Source of the DNA: Camelus ferus | Lineage: Eukaryota | DNA: 64,000 bases | Direction: 5' to 3' | Assembly: GCF_009834535.1 (NCBI RefSeq) | Contig: NC_045707.1 | Span: forward strand, 48,486,001-48,550,000 | Part shown: piece after piece, positions 40,620-52,222 of the stretch | Position numbering within the stretch: position 1 is the stretch's first letter | How the letters are laid out: the number at the start of each line of letters is the position of its first letter | Made by a program: the position numbers and the translations under genes | The notes under the pieces: model-generated | Seen by the model: only the letters and a program-made list of their open reading frames with translations | Told to the model about the DNA's origin: nothing | The model's database searches: none

Positions 40620-41166
40620 CCTCAATCCGGGACTTTCTAACTAATGAGGTGAAAATATCTGCTAATGCCTGAGCTCATAAAAATTGAATTATTTTCTGGG
40701 AGAAATTTGGTTTGTTTGGGAAAAGATACCTTTAAAAGCGCTTGAGAAAAATGTTTGTTTCCTATAATTATGGATTAATTCACGACAATCCTCCCATTGA
40801 GGAAATACTACAAAACCCAAAGGAAAAAATGAACAGAAGAATCTGCCTAAATGTTTAGAAGAACTAAACAGTTATTGACAGGCGGTAGCTGTCCCCGGGA
40901 CAGAAGATGTCGACAACCGATAGACAGCCAAAGGCGAATTCACGAGTCACGATTTTAAGATTTAATTCTTACAAATGTTTTTTCCCTTATAATCTGAAAG
41001 GAAAATATGACATGAAATTTTCCCTTCCTCTCCGGATAGAAACCTAGGAGAGCTGATTTTAATGAGAATTCTTACCCTTCGCCGGCTTCAGCCAGTTTGC
41101 TCAGGATTCTGCAGGCTCCGGAGCAGGTGGAGTGTCCCAGCGGGTCTCATCCTGGTCGCGAGAAAC
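40620..41166 (-). mobile_element. ERV1-like internal 5' leader (truncated; no gag ORF or 3' LTR seen)
   Basis: Follows an LTR end and PBS; minus-strand splice donor AAGG|GTAAGA (GT at 41075-41074); gagagctgattttaatgagaattcttacccttcgccggc resembles MER4-group leaders; left boundary uncertain. Confidence 0.7.
41144..41161 (-). promoter_or_regulatory. Degenerate retroviral primer-binding site (tRNA-Arg or tRNA-Ser type)
   Basis: Minus strand TCGCGACCAGGATGAGAC, 5 nt after the LTR CA end; 14/18 match to both TGGCGACCCAGATGGGAC (Arg-CCG) and TGGCGACGAGGATGGGAT (Ser-GCT), tRNA ends recalled from memory. Confidence 0.65.
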
Positions 41167-41802
41167 TGAAGAGGAGGAAAAATAATTTTCCCTCGACCCT
41201 TTACTGTGCGTGCTTGGCAGAGACCCCGTTTTCTCTAGGGCGCCTCGGAAATGGAAAAGTTTATCCAGGTTAAAAGTTCTCCGCTGTGGCCGCTGTACTT
41301 AAACATTATTTTGGATAAGATTATCCTGTTTGTTCGGCCTTAAAGTTTTATGCACCAAGCCCTCATGCTGGGACATGATGGGTCACGCTGGGTCACGCTG
41401 GGTCACGCTGGGTCACGCTGGGTCACGCTGGGTCCAGTGTACGTCGGATGCAGCCTGACCCGGAACCAGTCCTGGTTCTAACTTGTTCACGGTCCGACCC
41501 TCCACACGGTCCTGTTTCGGAGTCGGACTCAGTCCAACCTTATACCAGGTTTGGTTTCTAATTCGGACCCATTCCAGCTTCTGCTGTTTCCAGACCAAGT
41601 CTGGAAAAGAAATGCTCGAATAAAGTCTGAGAGCTCCTAAGGCAAAAGCTGTGGTCGCCCCCAGCTCCTTCGGAGGCGGCGGCAAGAAGGCAGTGAGCCC
41701 AGGGGCTCAGCAGGTACGTCGTCTGGTTGTTCCTGGGCCTTGGCGTCTCTTTCCATTCCCTCTTCTTAATAAGTGTAGCTAAGTTACTCACTGTTCCTAA
41801 CG
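41167..41802 (-). mobile_element. CpG-rich ERV1-like LTR (LTR-A)
   Basis: Plus strand starts TGAAGAGGAGGAAAAATAATTTTCCCTC and ends ...cctaaCG (CA expected); minus-strand TATA-like CATAAAA (41352-41346) and AGTAAA (41205-41200); flanked by aaac/gaac. Confidence 0.7.
41361..41434. repeat. 10-bp tandem array: five perfect GGTCACGCTG units (41381-41430), two degenerate units and one partial unit
   Basis: Directly visible. Confidence 0.97.
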
Positions 41803-41806
41803 GAAC

Positions 41807-42203
41807 TGTTAAAAGATAAACTGAGGCATGCTAAATATTTTAAGAGTTTATTTGAGCAAAAATCAATTTGAGTCAGGCAGCATCCAATCTAGCAGGTAAA
41901 AATGAGCCCCGGGGAGCTGTTCGAAATGAGAGACTTTTATGGGCAGAAGGGAGCGGGGACAACGAAAATAAATGAGGCAAAGAAGTGGTTGCTTATTGCA
42001 AAGTGATTTTCCTTTAAGGGACGACAGCAGGGTCTATCAGGCAGATTACCACTAGTGCTGATCAGGTGGTTCCTGACTTACTGGTTTAAGGTTACATTTC
42101 TGGGACAACCAAAACTGTAAGTTAAATCTCTATTTGGTGACAAGGGGCTTAGCATAAGCAGCTCCATTTTGGGCCTATTGTCTTTTTTTTTTTTTTTTAA
42201 ACA
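41807..42203 (-). mobile_element. ERV1 (MER4-group-like) LTR (LTR-B)
   Basis: TG...CA termini (tgttaaaagataaactgaggca ... ttaaaca); gagtttatttgagcaaaaatc gives minus-strand AATAAA about 40 nt from the end; minus-strand CATAAAA near 41935-41941. Confidence 0.8.
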
Positions 42204-43900
42204 ATGTGTAAGGCTTATTAATACAGTATGACACTGGTGCAAAAAATATATAAACTGACCAAAGGGGGTAAAAAAGAAATCCAAAAACACAATCATACAT
42301 ATTTGGACACTTGATTTGTTACAAAGCTAACGTTACATGTCTCTTTTCAATAAATGCTGCTGAAGCCTTTAGATAACTATTTTTAAAAATTAGCACTTAT
42401 GGCACTGACAAAAATTTATTTCAGGTGTATTTAGACTTCTTAATGTGAAAGGCAAAATAATAATGCTTCTAGAAACACACCTTGAGACACTACTTTAAAG
42501 GTCTGGAGAGAAAATTTTTTTACACAGTGATACTGTGATTTATAAGAAACATATGTATTGGTTTTCCGCTAGTCCCTGGCACATATCTCCCCAAACCCTT
42601 GTAATTTCGTAGGTGATTAGTGCAATATGGGTGTCTTTTGTTAAAATATTGGGTATTCATTCTTAGTTCCTGAGATGTCTTCAGAGAAATTACGGTGACA
42701 GGAACATCTTTTATTATTCTTAACACGCCGCTTTCCATCACTCCTGAGTTTATGTGATTCAGGTGACTTTTGGAAGGCCTCCAAGGATATGGACTGGTTA
42801 CCAGAGAATCAAACATGATTGGAACTTTCAGTCTTTCCCTCCACCCTTCACCTCCCAAAAGTGGAGAGGGGCTGGAAATTGAGTTTAATCACCAATGGTC
42901 AATGATATACTCAATCATGCATATGCAATGAACTCTCCATAAAAATCCCAAAGCATGGGGTGTGCTGAGCTTCTGGGTTGGTGGACATGTGGAGGTGCTG
43001 GGAGAGTAGTCTGCCCAAAGAGGGCATGGAACCTCTTCCTGCATACCTTGCCACGTGCACCTTTTTCATCTGGCTGTTCCTGAGTTATATCCTTTTATCA
43101 TAAACCAGTAATTAGTAAATAAAATGTTTTTGTGAGTTCTTTGAGCCAGTGCAGCAAATTAATCCAACTCAAGGAGGGGGCTGTGGGAACCTCCCATTGA
43201 TAGCCAGTGGGTCAGAAGCACAGGTAACAACCTGTACTTGCAGTTGGCATCTCGAGAGCAAGATCAGTCTTGTAGGATTGAATCCTTAACATGTGGAATG
43301 TGACTCTATTTCTGAATAGACAGAACCAGAATTTGAGTTAAATTCTAGGACAATCAGCTGGTTTTGCCAAATTGTCTGGTGTGAGAACCCCGCCCCCTCC
43401 CAAACATACATATATCTGGTACCTGGAGTACAGCAGTGCTCAGAGTGTTGTGTGTAGTGTAAAGAAAAACAATAGTGTGTGGGTTTTTGCAAATATAAAA
43501 GTAATAATAGAAGAAAATAGCTTCAATTGTTCATTAAAATTAAGGGTTTCAACTTAATAAATATATTATTTAGAAAGCAAAGCTATACCCAGGAGCAGGA
43601 GAAAATATTGCAAAATATATAGCTATACATTTGGGAATCATAAAGAACTACTACACATCAACAGGAGAAAGATAACCAAATGGAAAAATATGCAAGTGTT
43701 GAACAAATACTTTAGGAGAGACTATAATAAAATAAGCAGATAAAAAGGAGCTCAATTTCTTTAGTAGTCAAGGAAATGCAAATTAAAGCCATAATGAAAT
43801 ACAAACCCAACAGAAAGGCTAAATTTGAAGTATGACAATTCCAAATGTTGGCAAAAGTAGAGCCACTTAGAGGATAAGCCTGAGTGTGTTGTTCTTTGTT
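42204..43900 (+). mobile_element. Old LINE-1 ORF2 fragment interrupted by a MER21-like LTR
   Basis: atacagtatgacactggtgc...catatttggacacttgattt (KTVWYW...IY.LIFDK region) at 42204-42500; resumes about 43490-43900 (aggaaatgcaaattaaagccataatgaaatac). Confidence 0.75.
42527..43490 (+). mobile_element. MER21-like solo LTR
   Basis: gtgatactgtgatttataagaaacatatgtattgg...ccctggcaca...aaacccttgtaattt; ggagaggggctggaaattgagtttaatcaccaatggtcaatg; gatagccagtgggtcagaagcacaggtaacaacctg. Confidence 0.88.
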
Positions 43901-45696
43901 GCCTCTTGCTGAAGGCAAATATGATACTGTCTCCACATATCAATCTGTTTTTGAGTCTAATGGCCAAGCCCTGATCTTTCAGTAGTTTTCTAGCAGACAT
44001 ATTTTTTAATAGACAAGTTATTAACACAGGATATTTATTCCATAACCATGATTGTGATTTCACCTAAATTCTGTGCAAATCTTATCTTATGAACAACTCT
44101 AGGTTTATTTGATTATTTTTTTGTTCATTTGCTTCTTTCTGGCTCCCATTAGACTTAATGAAACTAGAGGCAGAGTTTCCAGATTGCTCCATAATGGTTT
44201 TAGTCTGACAATTTGTTGTTATATAGTTAGATGAAAGGCACATCCTGCAAATACAATTTGTGTAGAGTAGAGAAATTTTCACTTAACCTTTTTATCCCCA
44301 CAATCTCATTAGACAGTAACATTCAACAGTCAAAATATTGAATGTCCATTTCCTTTTCCTCCTTAGGATGGGTACAAGTAAAGAAAAATGGATTATTCAA
44401 TAATCAGTGACATTAATTTTTGATTAGAGGTATAAATGTGATTCCCCCTAGGTTTATTCTACAAATGGCCATTTAGCGTTGTTATTGCATATCTGCTAGC
44501 TCAGCTCAATAAACATATATTAACTGATGACTTGTATGGTTTTAAAAATAGCAGAAAGGGCAGTTTGATCCTTCTCTTTTAGGAAACCACATGAAAATAT
44601 GAGAATGAGAGGCATAAATACAAATGGATTCTCTAAAGAAACTAGAGAGAGATGGGATTTATTAATTATATAAAATGTTATAGAAATCTCATTATAATGT
44701 ATTTCATATTATTATTATGAGTATGAGTGCTTATGTATTGAATGCCTTATATGCTCCAAGTGCTGTCACAGTGTTGTGACACATAACAGTAAACAAGAAG
44801 ACTATGCAAAAGGTGTGAAAGGACTGCTAAAATTAGTGACTATCATAAAGAAAAGTGGAGGTTTCCAAGAGGTAACATCCATGACTGAAGATTTCAGAAA
44901 AAGCTGCTTCATTCACCAAATTAAATAGCCTAAAGTTAGACTGGGGAGAAATCTGACAACTCATGGTTTGGACCCAGCGTGGCCTGAAAACTTAAGGAGC
45001 AAGGGAAGATTGAGCTAAATGCAGGATTATGGACAGACAAATCATATCTGCAGGAAAACAGCCCTTCAGAAAGGCAGGATGGAGGAGAGGAATGATGTAT
45101 GGTGAGCATCCTTGCAGTACCAGTTCTGGTTGGCTCAGAGAATCGAAAACTAAATAATTTGAACATATAATCCTGGAATACATGGACAATTATTGATAGC
45201 CATGGATGTGTTGCTGGCTCTTCCATTACACAAATTACCTGGAAACGGTTTGGGAAGGATGTACCTATTTGTAAAATGACTCATGTCATTAAAGAACAAT
45301 TTGGAATCTCTCAGAAATGGTTTGCAACAGTGATTCAAGCTATTTCTAGTTTTCTAAAGCAGCATTGATAATGTTCCTAGCAGCAACTTCAAGTGTCATG
45401 TATCATTGGTATCAAAGGGACCAGCAGTAGCATCTCCACTGAGGTAGGTCTGCAGTGGTGTCCTCGCGGAAGCAGTTCTTCATGATTTTTGAAGCTATTC
45501 CTAGCAGTATATCCCTCATCCCTACTCCTGTGTCCCCTCAAATTCTGTGAGTCGTTCATGTGCTTTAATACATTCCATTTCTCTTAAATTAGACAAAAAT
45601 AGCCCTTGTATGGGGTTTTGGAGTATGGTTAGGTTAAGTCCAACTCCTGATTTATTTATGTTTGTACCTGTAAAGTGTAAATGTAACTGGAAGAAT

Positions 45697-45705
45697 ACAC
45701 ACACA

Positions 45706-45739
<34 letters not shown>
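45697..45739. repeat. (CA)n microsatellite, one interruption
   Basis: Directly visible. Confidence 0.95.
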
Positions 45740-45969
45740 GCTTGGTCACACTTGAAATGTATCACCTCAATTGTGCCCCTAATAGTAGGAGCAATTCTGA
45801 TTTACAGTGGATAAATCATAATTGATTTAAATAATTTCATATTATGAGACCTATAGGTTGTTCCCAATTTTTTACCAATAGAAAAATTGCTGTTATAGAT
45901 TATCCAGGTAGCTGAATCGTTGACACATTCATAATTATTTCCTTTAATTAGTTTATTTTCTAGAAGTAG

Positions 45970-47700
45970 AGTTCTGATTCCAGTTATGAAGAAGTGAATT
46001 ATAATGGACTAACTTTTCTGTTACAGTTATTAAAGCTGATCAAGATGTAAAATACAACTGTTTGAAAACACTGGAATATAAGCAAACTAGTTAGGCACAC
46101 GAGGGACTACAGTCATTATAAGAATGAAAGGACTTCAAGTGAGTTCTAAATTTAGCTAGCTTCTCTTTTAAGGGTACCTAGAAATTTTCTGCTATGTGAG
46201 GGAATAGAGCCCAAGCAGAAAGCAAGAGTCTTATAGGACTAAGGAGACAGAAGTCAGAGTTTAAGACTAGGAAAGATGGTACAAATAGAATGACAATATC
46301 CCAGAGTATCTCAAACTGGATACTTCAGAGAAGTGCAAAAATCTCATCCTGATTTTCTTCAAGATATTGATGGACTCCTAATTATGCATGCCAGAAAACC
46401 AATGGAAAGCAGCAGCTGGGAGGAAAAAAAAAAACAGAGCAGATTTCAATATCTGCCTGCTTCTAAGGAACAAGATTGAAGTTCAAGTTCCACCAAATCA
46501 GAAGGACTTACTAAATACCCAGGGCTTTTCACTGAGTTCCCAGAAGAGCCATGACAGAATGATAAGAACAAAATGAAAACATAACAATCTTTAAAAAATA
46601 AAATTAAAAAACTAAAGTCAACTGAAAGGATTGAGGTGAACTTCTAACACTCTATCTGCCTTCCACCAAAAAAAAAAAAATAAAGAATGTCTTTAGAAGA
46701 AGATATGTTATTCACAGACTATATAATTTTTAACCATTTCAGATATCAAACTAAAAATTAAAGGCATGTTAAAATATAGGACCAATTGAACAAAACCAAG
46801 AAAAAAACAGCAATTGAAATAGATGCATGGGTGAATCAGATATTGGAGTTACCAGAGATTTTAAAATAACACAATTGGTATAATTCAAGAAAACAGAGGA
46901 AAGAATGGGAAACTTCAGTAGACACCTAGAATCCACACACACACAACCTGCCAAATGGAAATTCTACATCTAAAAAATATAATGACTAAGATGAAAAGTT
47001 TATCAGAGAAGTTTATTAGCAGATTAGAAATAGCCAAAAAAGAAAAGAATTAGTAAATCAGGTCATAGAGCAGTAGAGAGAATTCATAGCAATGCACAAA
47101 GAGAAAAAACATACAGTAAACGGCATATGAGACATCTAATCAGAGAGGCAATAGTTGAAGAAATGGTGGCTGAGGATTTCCTAGACATGAATAGATAACA
47201 AGCCACAGATTCAAGAAGGTCTACAAACCCCACAAAGTATAGATAGAAAGAACTATATAAACTATACTTAGGGACAGCCTAGTCAAACTACTGAAAACCA
47301 AAGATACAGTGTAATCTGTAAAGTGAAAAGGTACAAGCTTCTAGTTTTAAGATAAATAAGTACTAGGGATGTAATGTATAATATGATAAATGTAATTAAC
47401 ACTGCTGTATGTCACATATGAAAGTTAAGAGGGTAATCCTAAAAGTTCTCAAGAATTTTTTTCTATTTCTTTAATTTTGTATCTACATAATGGATGTTCA
47501 CTAAACTTACTGTAATAATCATCTCATGATGTATGTAAGTCAAATCATTATGCAATACACCTTAAACTTACATAGTACCATATGTCAATTATATCTTGAT
47601 AAAAGTGGAAGAAAAACAAACACCCTCCCCAAAACAAAGATAGCGAAATCTTAAAAGGTTACCAGAAGGAGGGGGAAAAAAGTTCAAGTGCAATTACAGA
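45970..47700 (+). mobile_element. Old L1M 5' region and ORF1 remnant
   Basis: ccaaatggaaattctac...agcagattagaaatagcc...aagccacagattcaagaaggtctacaaacccc...agtcaaactactgaaaaccaaagata (ORF1 motifs). Confidence 0.75.
47322..47616 (+). mobile_element. Younger LINE-1 3' UTR inserted into the old L1 ORF1
   Basis: aaggtacaagcttctagttttaagataaataagtactagggatgtaatgta...tgtcaattatatcttgataaaagtggaagaaaaa; degenerate duplicated flank (aaaccaaagata...aatctgtaaag / aaaacaaagata...aatcttaaaag). Confidence 0.88.
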
Positions 47701-50700
47701 GTCAAAAATTTGAGATTTTGGTGTGAACTATCAATCTCCTCTCCAGAAATTGTGCATTTCCCCCCCTCATCTTTGAAAATAGCCACAAATGTTGGTATGA
47801 CTTTGGCATTCTAAGTGGAAGAATCTTTAAACCTCTTTCATTTTTAATCTGTTGTAGTTTCTGAATGATAAACTTTGTTGAAGTTTTGGAGAGATTTAAC
47901 ATTTCTGAAACTGTTCATGAGCTTTGGTCTTTTTTTGAATTACTTAATGTACAGTTTATAATTTAGATATTACTAAGACAGTGTTCCCATGCATACTTGT
48001 GCCAAATTTCACCCGCACATATGCACATAAGGTTGATTTTATAGGTTTCCAATATTCACTTTTTTGAATCTCAAGTAACAAAATTGTGGGAGTCCTTACT
48101 GTTTCATTACTTATATATTGTTTTTTTTTAAATTGAGTTTCACTCATAAAGTTGTTCATATATTACAGTTAGTTTCCTAAGTAATTTTGATTTTATTGCA
48201 GTTCTTGGTTTCGTAACATGCCTTCAGGTGTCCTTGAAAGAAGTGCTTTCATCTCTGTGAATTCAAATGCCTTCCTTTGGCTTCCATGGGCAGCAATTAT
48301 GGTGTCTTGTATCATCTGGTCTCTTTATATGGTGATCCCTATGAAGCTGAGATGCAAAGATTCTACCCCAGTGATTTAGGTCTGGCCTCATTCCAAGTCT
48401 TAATTGATGGAGACTTTGTCCTGTATTTAGTATTCAGCACAGAGCAAAGCATTTCTCATGAAATGGTTCCAGGGAATGAAAATGCCCTAGTTATTTCAAG
48501 CCTCACCTCACAGCAAAGCGGAATTACCTTCTGGACCAGACTTGAGGCTCTGTGCCATGGTGGTGATCACTTTCTCTTACCAAAGTAATTTCTTAAAATA
48601 TGAACTAGACTCACTTTGAAAATATAAAATTCTATTAAATATATACAATAAAGTGAAAAGACAGGGTACAAAATGTTTTGTGCTCACACAGTTGTAAACA
48701 AAAAAATTAACAAAGCGTATGAAAAAAAGCCTGAAAGAAACTTCACCAAAATAATAATAATGGTAGTTTGAGTACTGGGATAATAGGCAATTATTTTTCT
48801 TTTTACCGTTTCACATATTTCCTAGATTGTAGCTATATTACTTCTATAATTAAACAATAAATTTCTTTTAAAAATAATGTTAAAATAACTCTCTGATAAA
48901 GATTTTGATAACCTACTTTTATAACCTCCTCTCTTTACCAGTATACTTGGAATTTTAACACTGGAATGTCATAATTAAGATCATAACATGTTAATAACCC
49001 AACTGGAGTTCTTAACATTATGGTTTGCTTATTTTATAATACACTTCTTTTTAGCACCTGTACAATTCAAACCTTTTAATTACATTTTGCATCACTGTCA
49101 GGCAAAGTAATTGCAAGCAATTTTCTGTATACGCATTTTTCTTAAGCTTGACTTATTATAGCAGTGCAAATGTAGTGGGAACATTGCATTTAACCAAGCA
49201 GGAAAACAAAGTAGTAATTGCGATTTCACTCTCAGTCATCAGAAATAGAATTTTCAAGTCATCTTTTTAATCTTACAGATGCCTTAAGTGCCAAAAGTAA
49301 GATTAATTTATGAAAAGTATGTGAAGAAGTCACATACTCTCTAGCAGATCTTCTAGACTACAAATAGGAAAAAATGTGAAAATTAAAAACCAGTATGAAA
49401 TATTTTTCCTTGTACATGTCTTATTTGACTACAAAATAGCCTTGAATTTCTTGACAGAATTCCATCCTCCTTCTATATCGAGGTTGCAAAGAAATTGAGC
49501 AGAATACACATACTGTGTGCTACCCATCTCTTTGGCATTTTCAACTTACAGCCTAGAAATATCAGATTGAAAAGTTGTGAATGAGGATTCTGGCACTACC
49601 TGGGTGACGGTGAATAAGTTGCTTCATTTTCTCATTTGTAAAATGCAGAGTTTGAATCAACTTAGCTCTAAATTCCCTTTTAGATTTTATAAAGGTACAA
49701 TCATAGCTCAAAAAGACAGGCAGGGGAAGAGAGGAATGAAAGGGAGAGGAAGGGAGAGGAGGGGAGGGGAGGGGAGGGGAAAGATATGGAAGAGTCAGAT
49801 TCTGTTTTAGTTGTATTAGTTAAATATTTTATATCTTAAAATTTGTATTTTTAGGAAGAGTCAAAGAATTGAATTAGAACTTCAAAAAATGTTTTTATTT
49901 CCATATTCTCTCACTGCTCTTTCCCATCACTTCTTTTAGAGACATTGTTAAGATGATTTCATAGTAAAAATAATACACAATTTTAGGAGATGGACGTATT
50001 TCATCCTTTCTGAAATGCGTACAGTTGTAGACAGTAAATAAAATTCTGCAACCTCTGAAAGCTTCCTTATAACTGTATTCCCAGGAGAAATGGTGGTATA
50101 GCAGTTTCTTTGTTTTGTTTTGTTTTGTTTGTAGTTGTTTTTTAAATATGATGGGAGTGAGACTGGGAAATTGTAACTTCAGATAGGTTTGTTGCTGCAG
50201 CTTTCAATCCTGTCACAATTGGTGTCATGAAGATGAATAAAGTTGGTGCCATCTTCTGTTTTCATTATCATCCAAGGGGCTGGGATGGGAAAGGATTCAT
50301 TTTGTGCCACTGTCATTTCTCATTACTATCTTTGTCATGAGAATGAATTATAACGGCCCTCTGATGCCAGCTATGGCTTTGCTCTCATTACAGACTTTCC
50401 TTCTTGGGAAGAAGATGGTAATAAGAATGGAATGTTGTGTAAAAACAGAGCTCACTTTCATGACAGTTGGAAATTGGTGATGAAAATGGAAAATGGCAGA
50501 AAAAAATTAATCCTTTTTTTGTGGCAAAAATTGTTCTGCAAACAACATTGTGCACCAAAGGTATCCCTCACTGTGGCAATGACAAAGCAATGAAAAGGCA
50601 AACAATGAACAGCTTTTGGAGGAAATGAGGGATTTTAAGGCATCCATCTTGCTTGGTGAGTTGGAAATATATCTCTTAATCTTGAATAATGTAACATCCA

Positions 50701-52079
50701 TTTAGCTCCACAAGAAATGTGATAAGCAATTAGGAGCTTCTCTGTTCTCCCTTCAGTAATGTGAGTATCTCTATTACATACTGCCAGAAAGGCACTACCA
50801 AATTTATGGAAGCCATTAGAATTTCTATACAGGATACTTTTCACACACATACACATACTCATACACATGCATATACATGTCTCTATGTATATGTGAACAC
50901 AATTCTAAATTCAAAAATACAATTCTAGAAAAGTATTTGGCTGACTCAAAAATAGTGGTATTGAAAGGAAAGACTTCCACTTTCTATTTTATACATTCCT
51001 GTATTGATTGATTTAAAAGTCAAGAGCATTTACCACTTTTAACATTACAGAAATGGTAGCCTTCTCTCCTATCAAAATAAATGTTTCTGTACCACTGAAT
51101 TACCTTTACCACTAGAATCTACTGTCAACTCTAGATACATATTCTCTAATTTAAAACTGCAAGGGGAAAAAGTACCATTTACATACACATTTTTAAATGA
51201 ATGCTCTCAGTCTCTCTTTACAGATTCTTCTCACACCATACTCCAACTGTAACATTTTTCTTTTCCACTCTGAGATTGTATCTTTACAGAATGAAGATTA
51301 GAGCACGCTAATGGTAGAAAGGACTTCTTGTGGAATGATTCTTTCATTAGATTTCATTTAAAGCATTCTATTTAATGTTTTATTATTTGCCAAGATACGT
51401 AACAGATAGTCAGTATTTACTTTTCAACATGTCATTGTTGGGAGAGAAAATAGGCATTTTAATATGCACAGTGAGCATGTTGATAAGTTGGTTATTGAAT
51501 ACAGAAACATTTATGTGCATGTTAGTGTCTGATATAATTTAAGGTTGCTAAGTGTTAACACAGTTGCCTATATTATATGGACTAGCTAGAGAAATTAGGC
51601 ATGAGAGACCACTTGTATTAGTATGAAAAGAAGGCAATTACTTTGTAAGACGTCACCTGAATTCACTTGATTTCTTTTACTTTGAAGTGGTTCATGGCAA
51701 GGGCAAATTTTAAATCCTGAAATCTTTTATATTGTAAGAGGCTGGGGAGGAGGGAATAAAATGATAACTGTTAGAAAAAAAGATTATTTTAAACTAGTAG
51801 AATTTTTACAGAGGATAAGTGCTGAAACAATTTTACATAGTTCTACGAAGTCATTGATAGAGTGTTCTCAATTAAAAATTTAAAGTAGTAGATTATCCTA
51901 AAGCTTTCACTAGAGCGTTTTGTATAACTGCTAAGGTTGAAAGTGTGGAACTCTTCAAATCATACAAGGAAAGCTCATTTTAGAGCAGAGGTTATTAACC
52001 ACGTTGGGAAACCTATGAGGCATTTGTTCTTTGTTTTGTTCCTTTTTTTTTAAATGCTTTTGACTTTTCTACTGTATTT

Positions 52080-52222
52080 TTTTAAATGAAGTAAAGTTGA
52101 CTTACAATGTTATATTAGTTTCAGGTCTACAACATAGTGATTCAATGTTTTTATAGATTTTACTCCATTAAAGTTATTATAAAATATTGGCTATATTCCC
52201 TGTGCTGTACATTACACCCTTG
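52080..52222 (-). mobile_element. Short LINE-1 3' terminal fragment
   Basis: tgaagtaaagttgacttacaatgttatattagtttcagg...ggctatattccctgtgctgtaca. Confidence 0.85.

Noticed and set aside
41413..41791. Minus-strand ORFs of 90 and 77 aa in the GC-rich region
   Set aside because: They lie inside an LTR U3 region, are explained by higher GC content and show no gag or env similarity.
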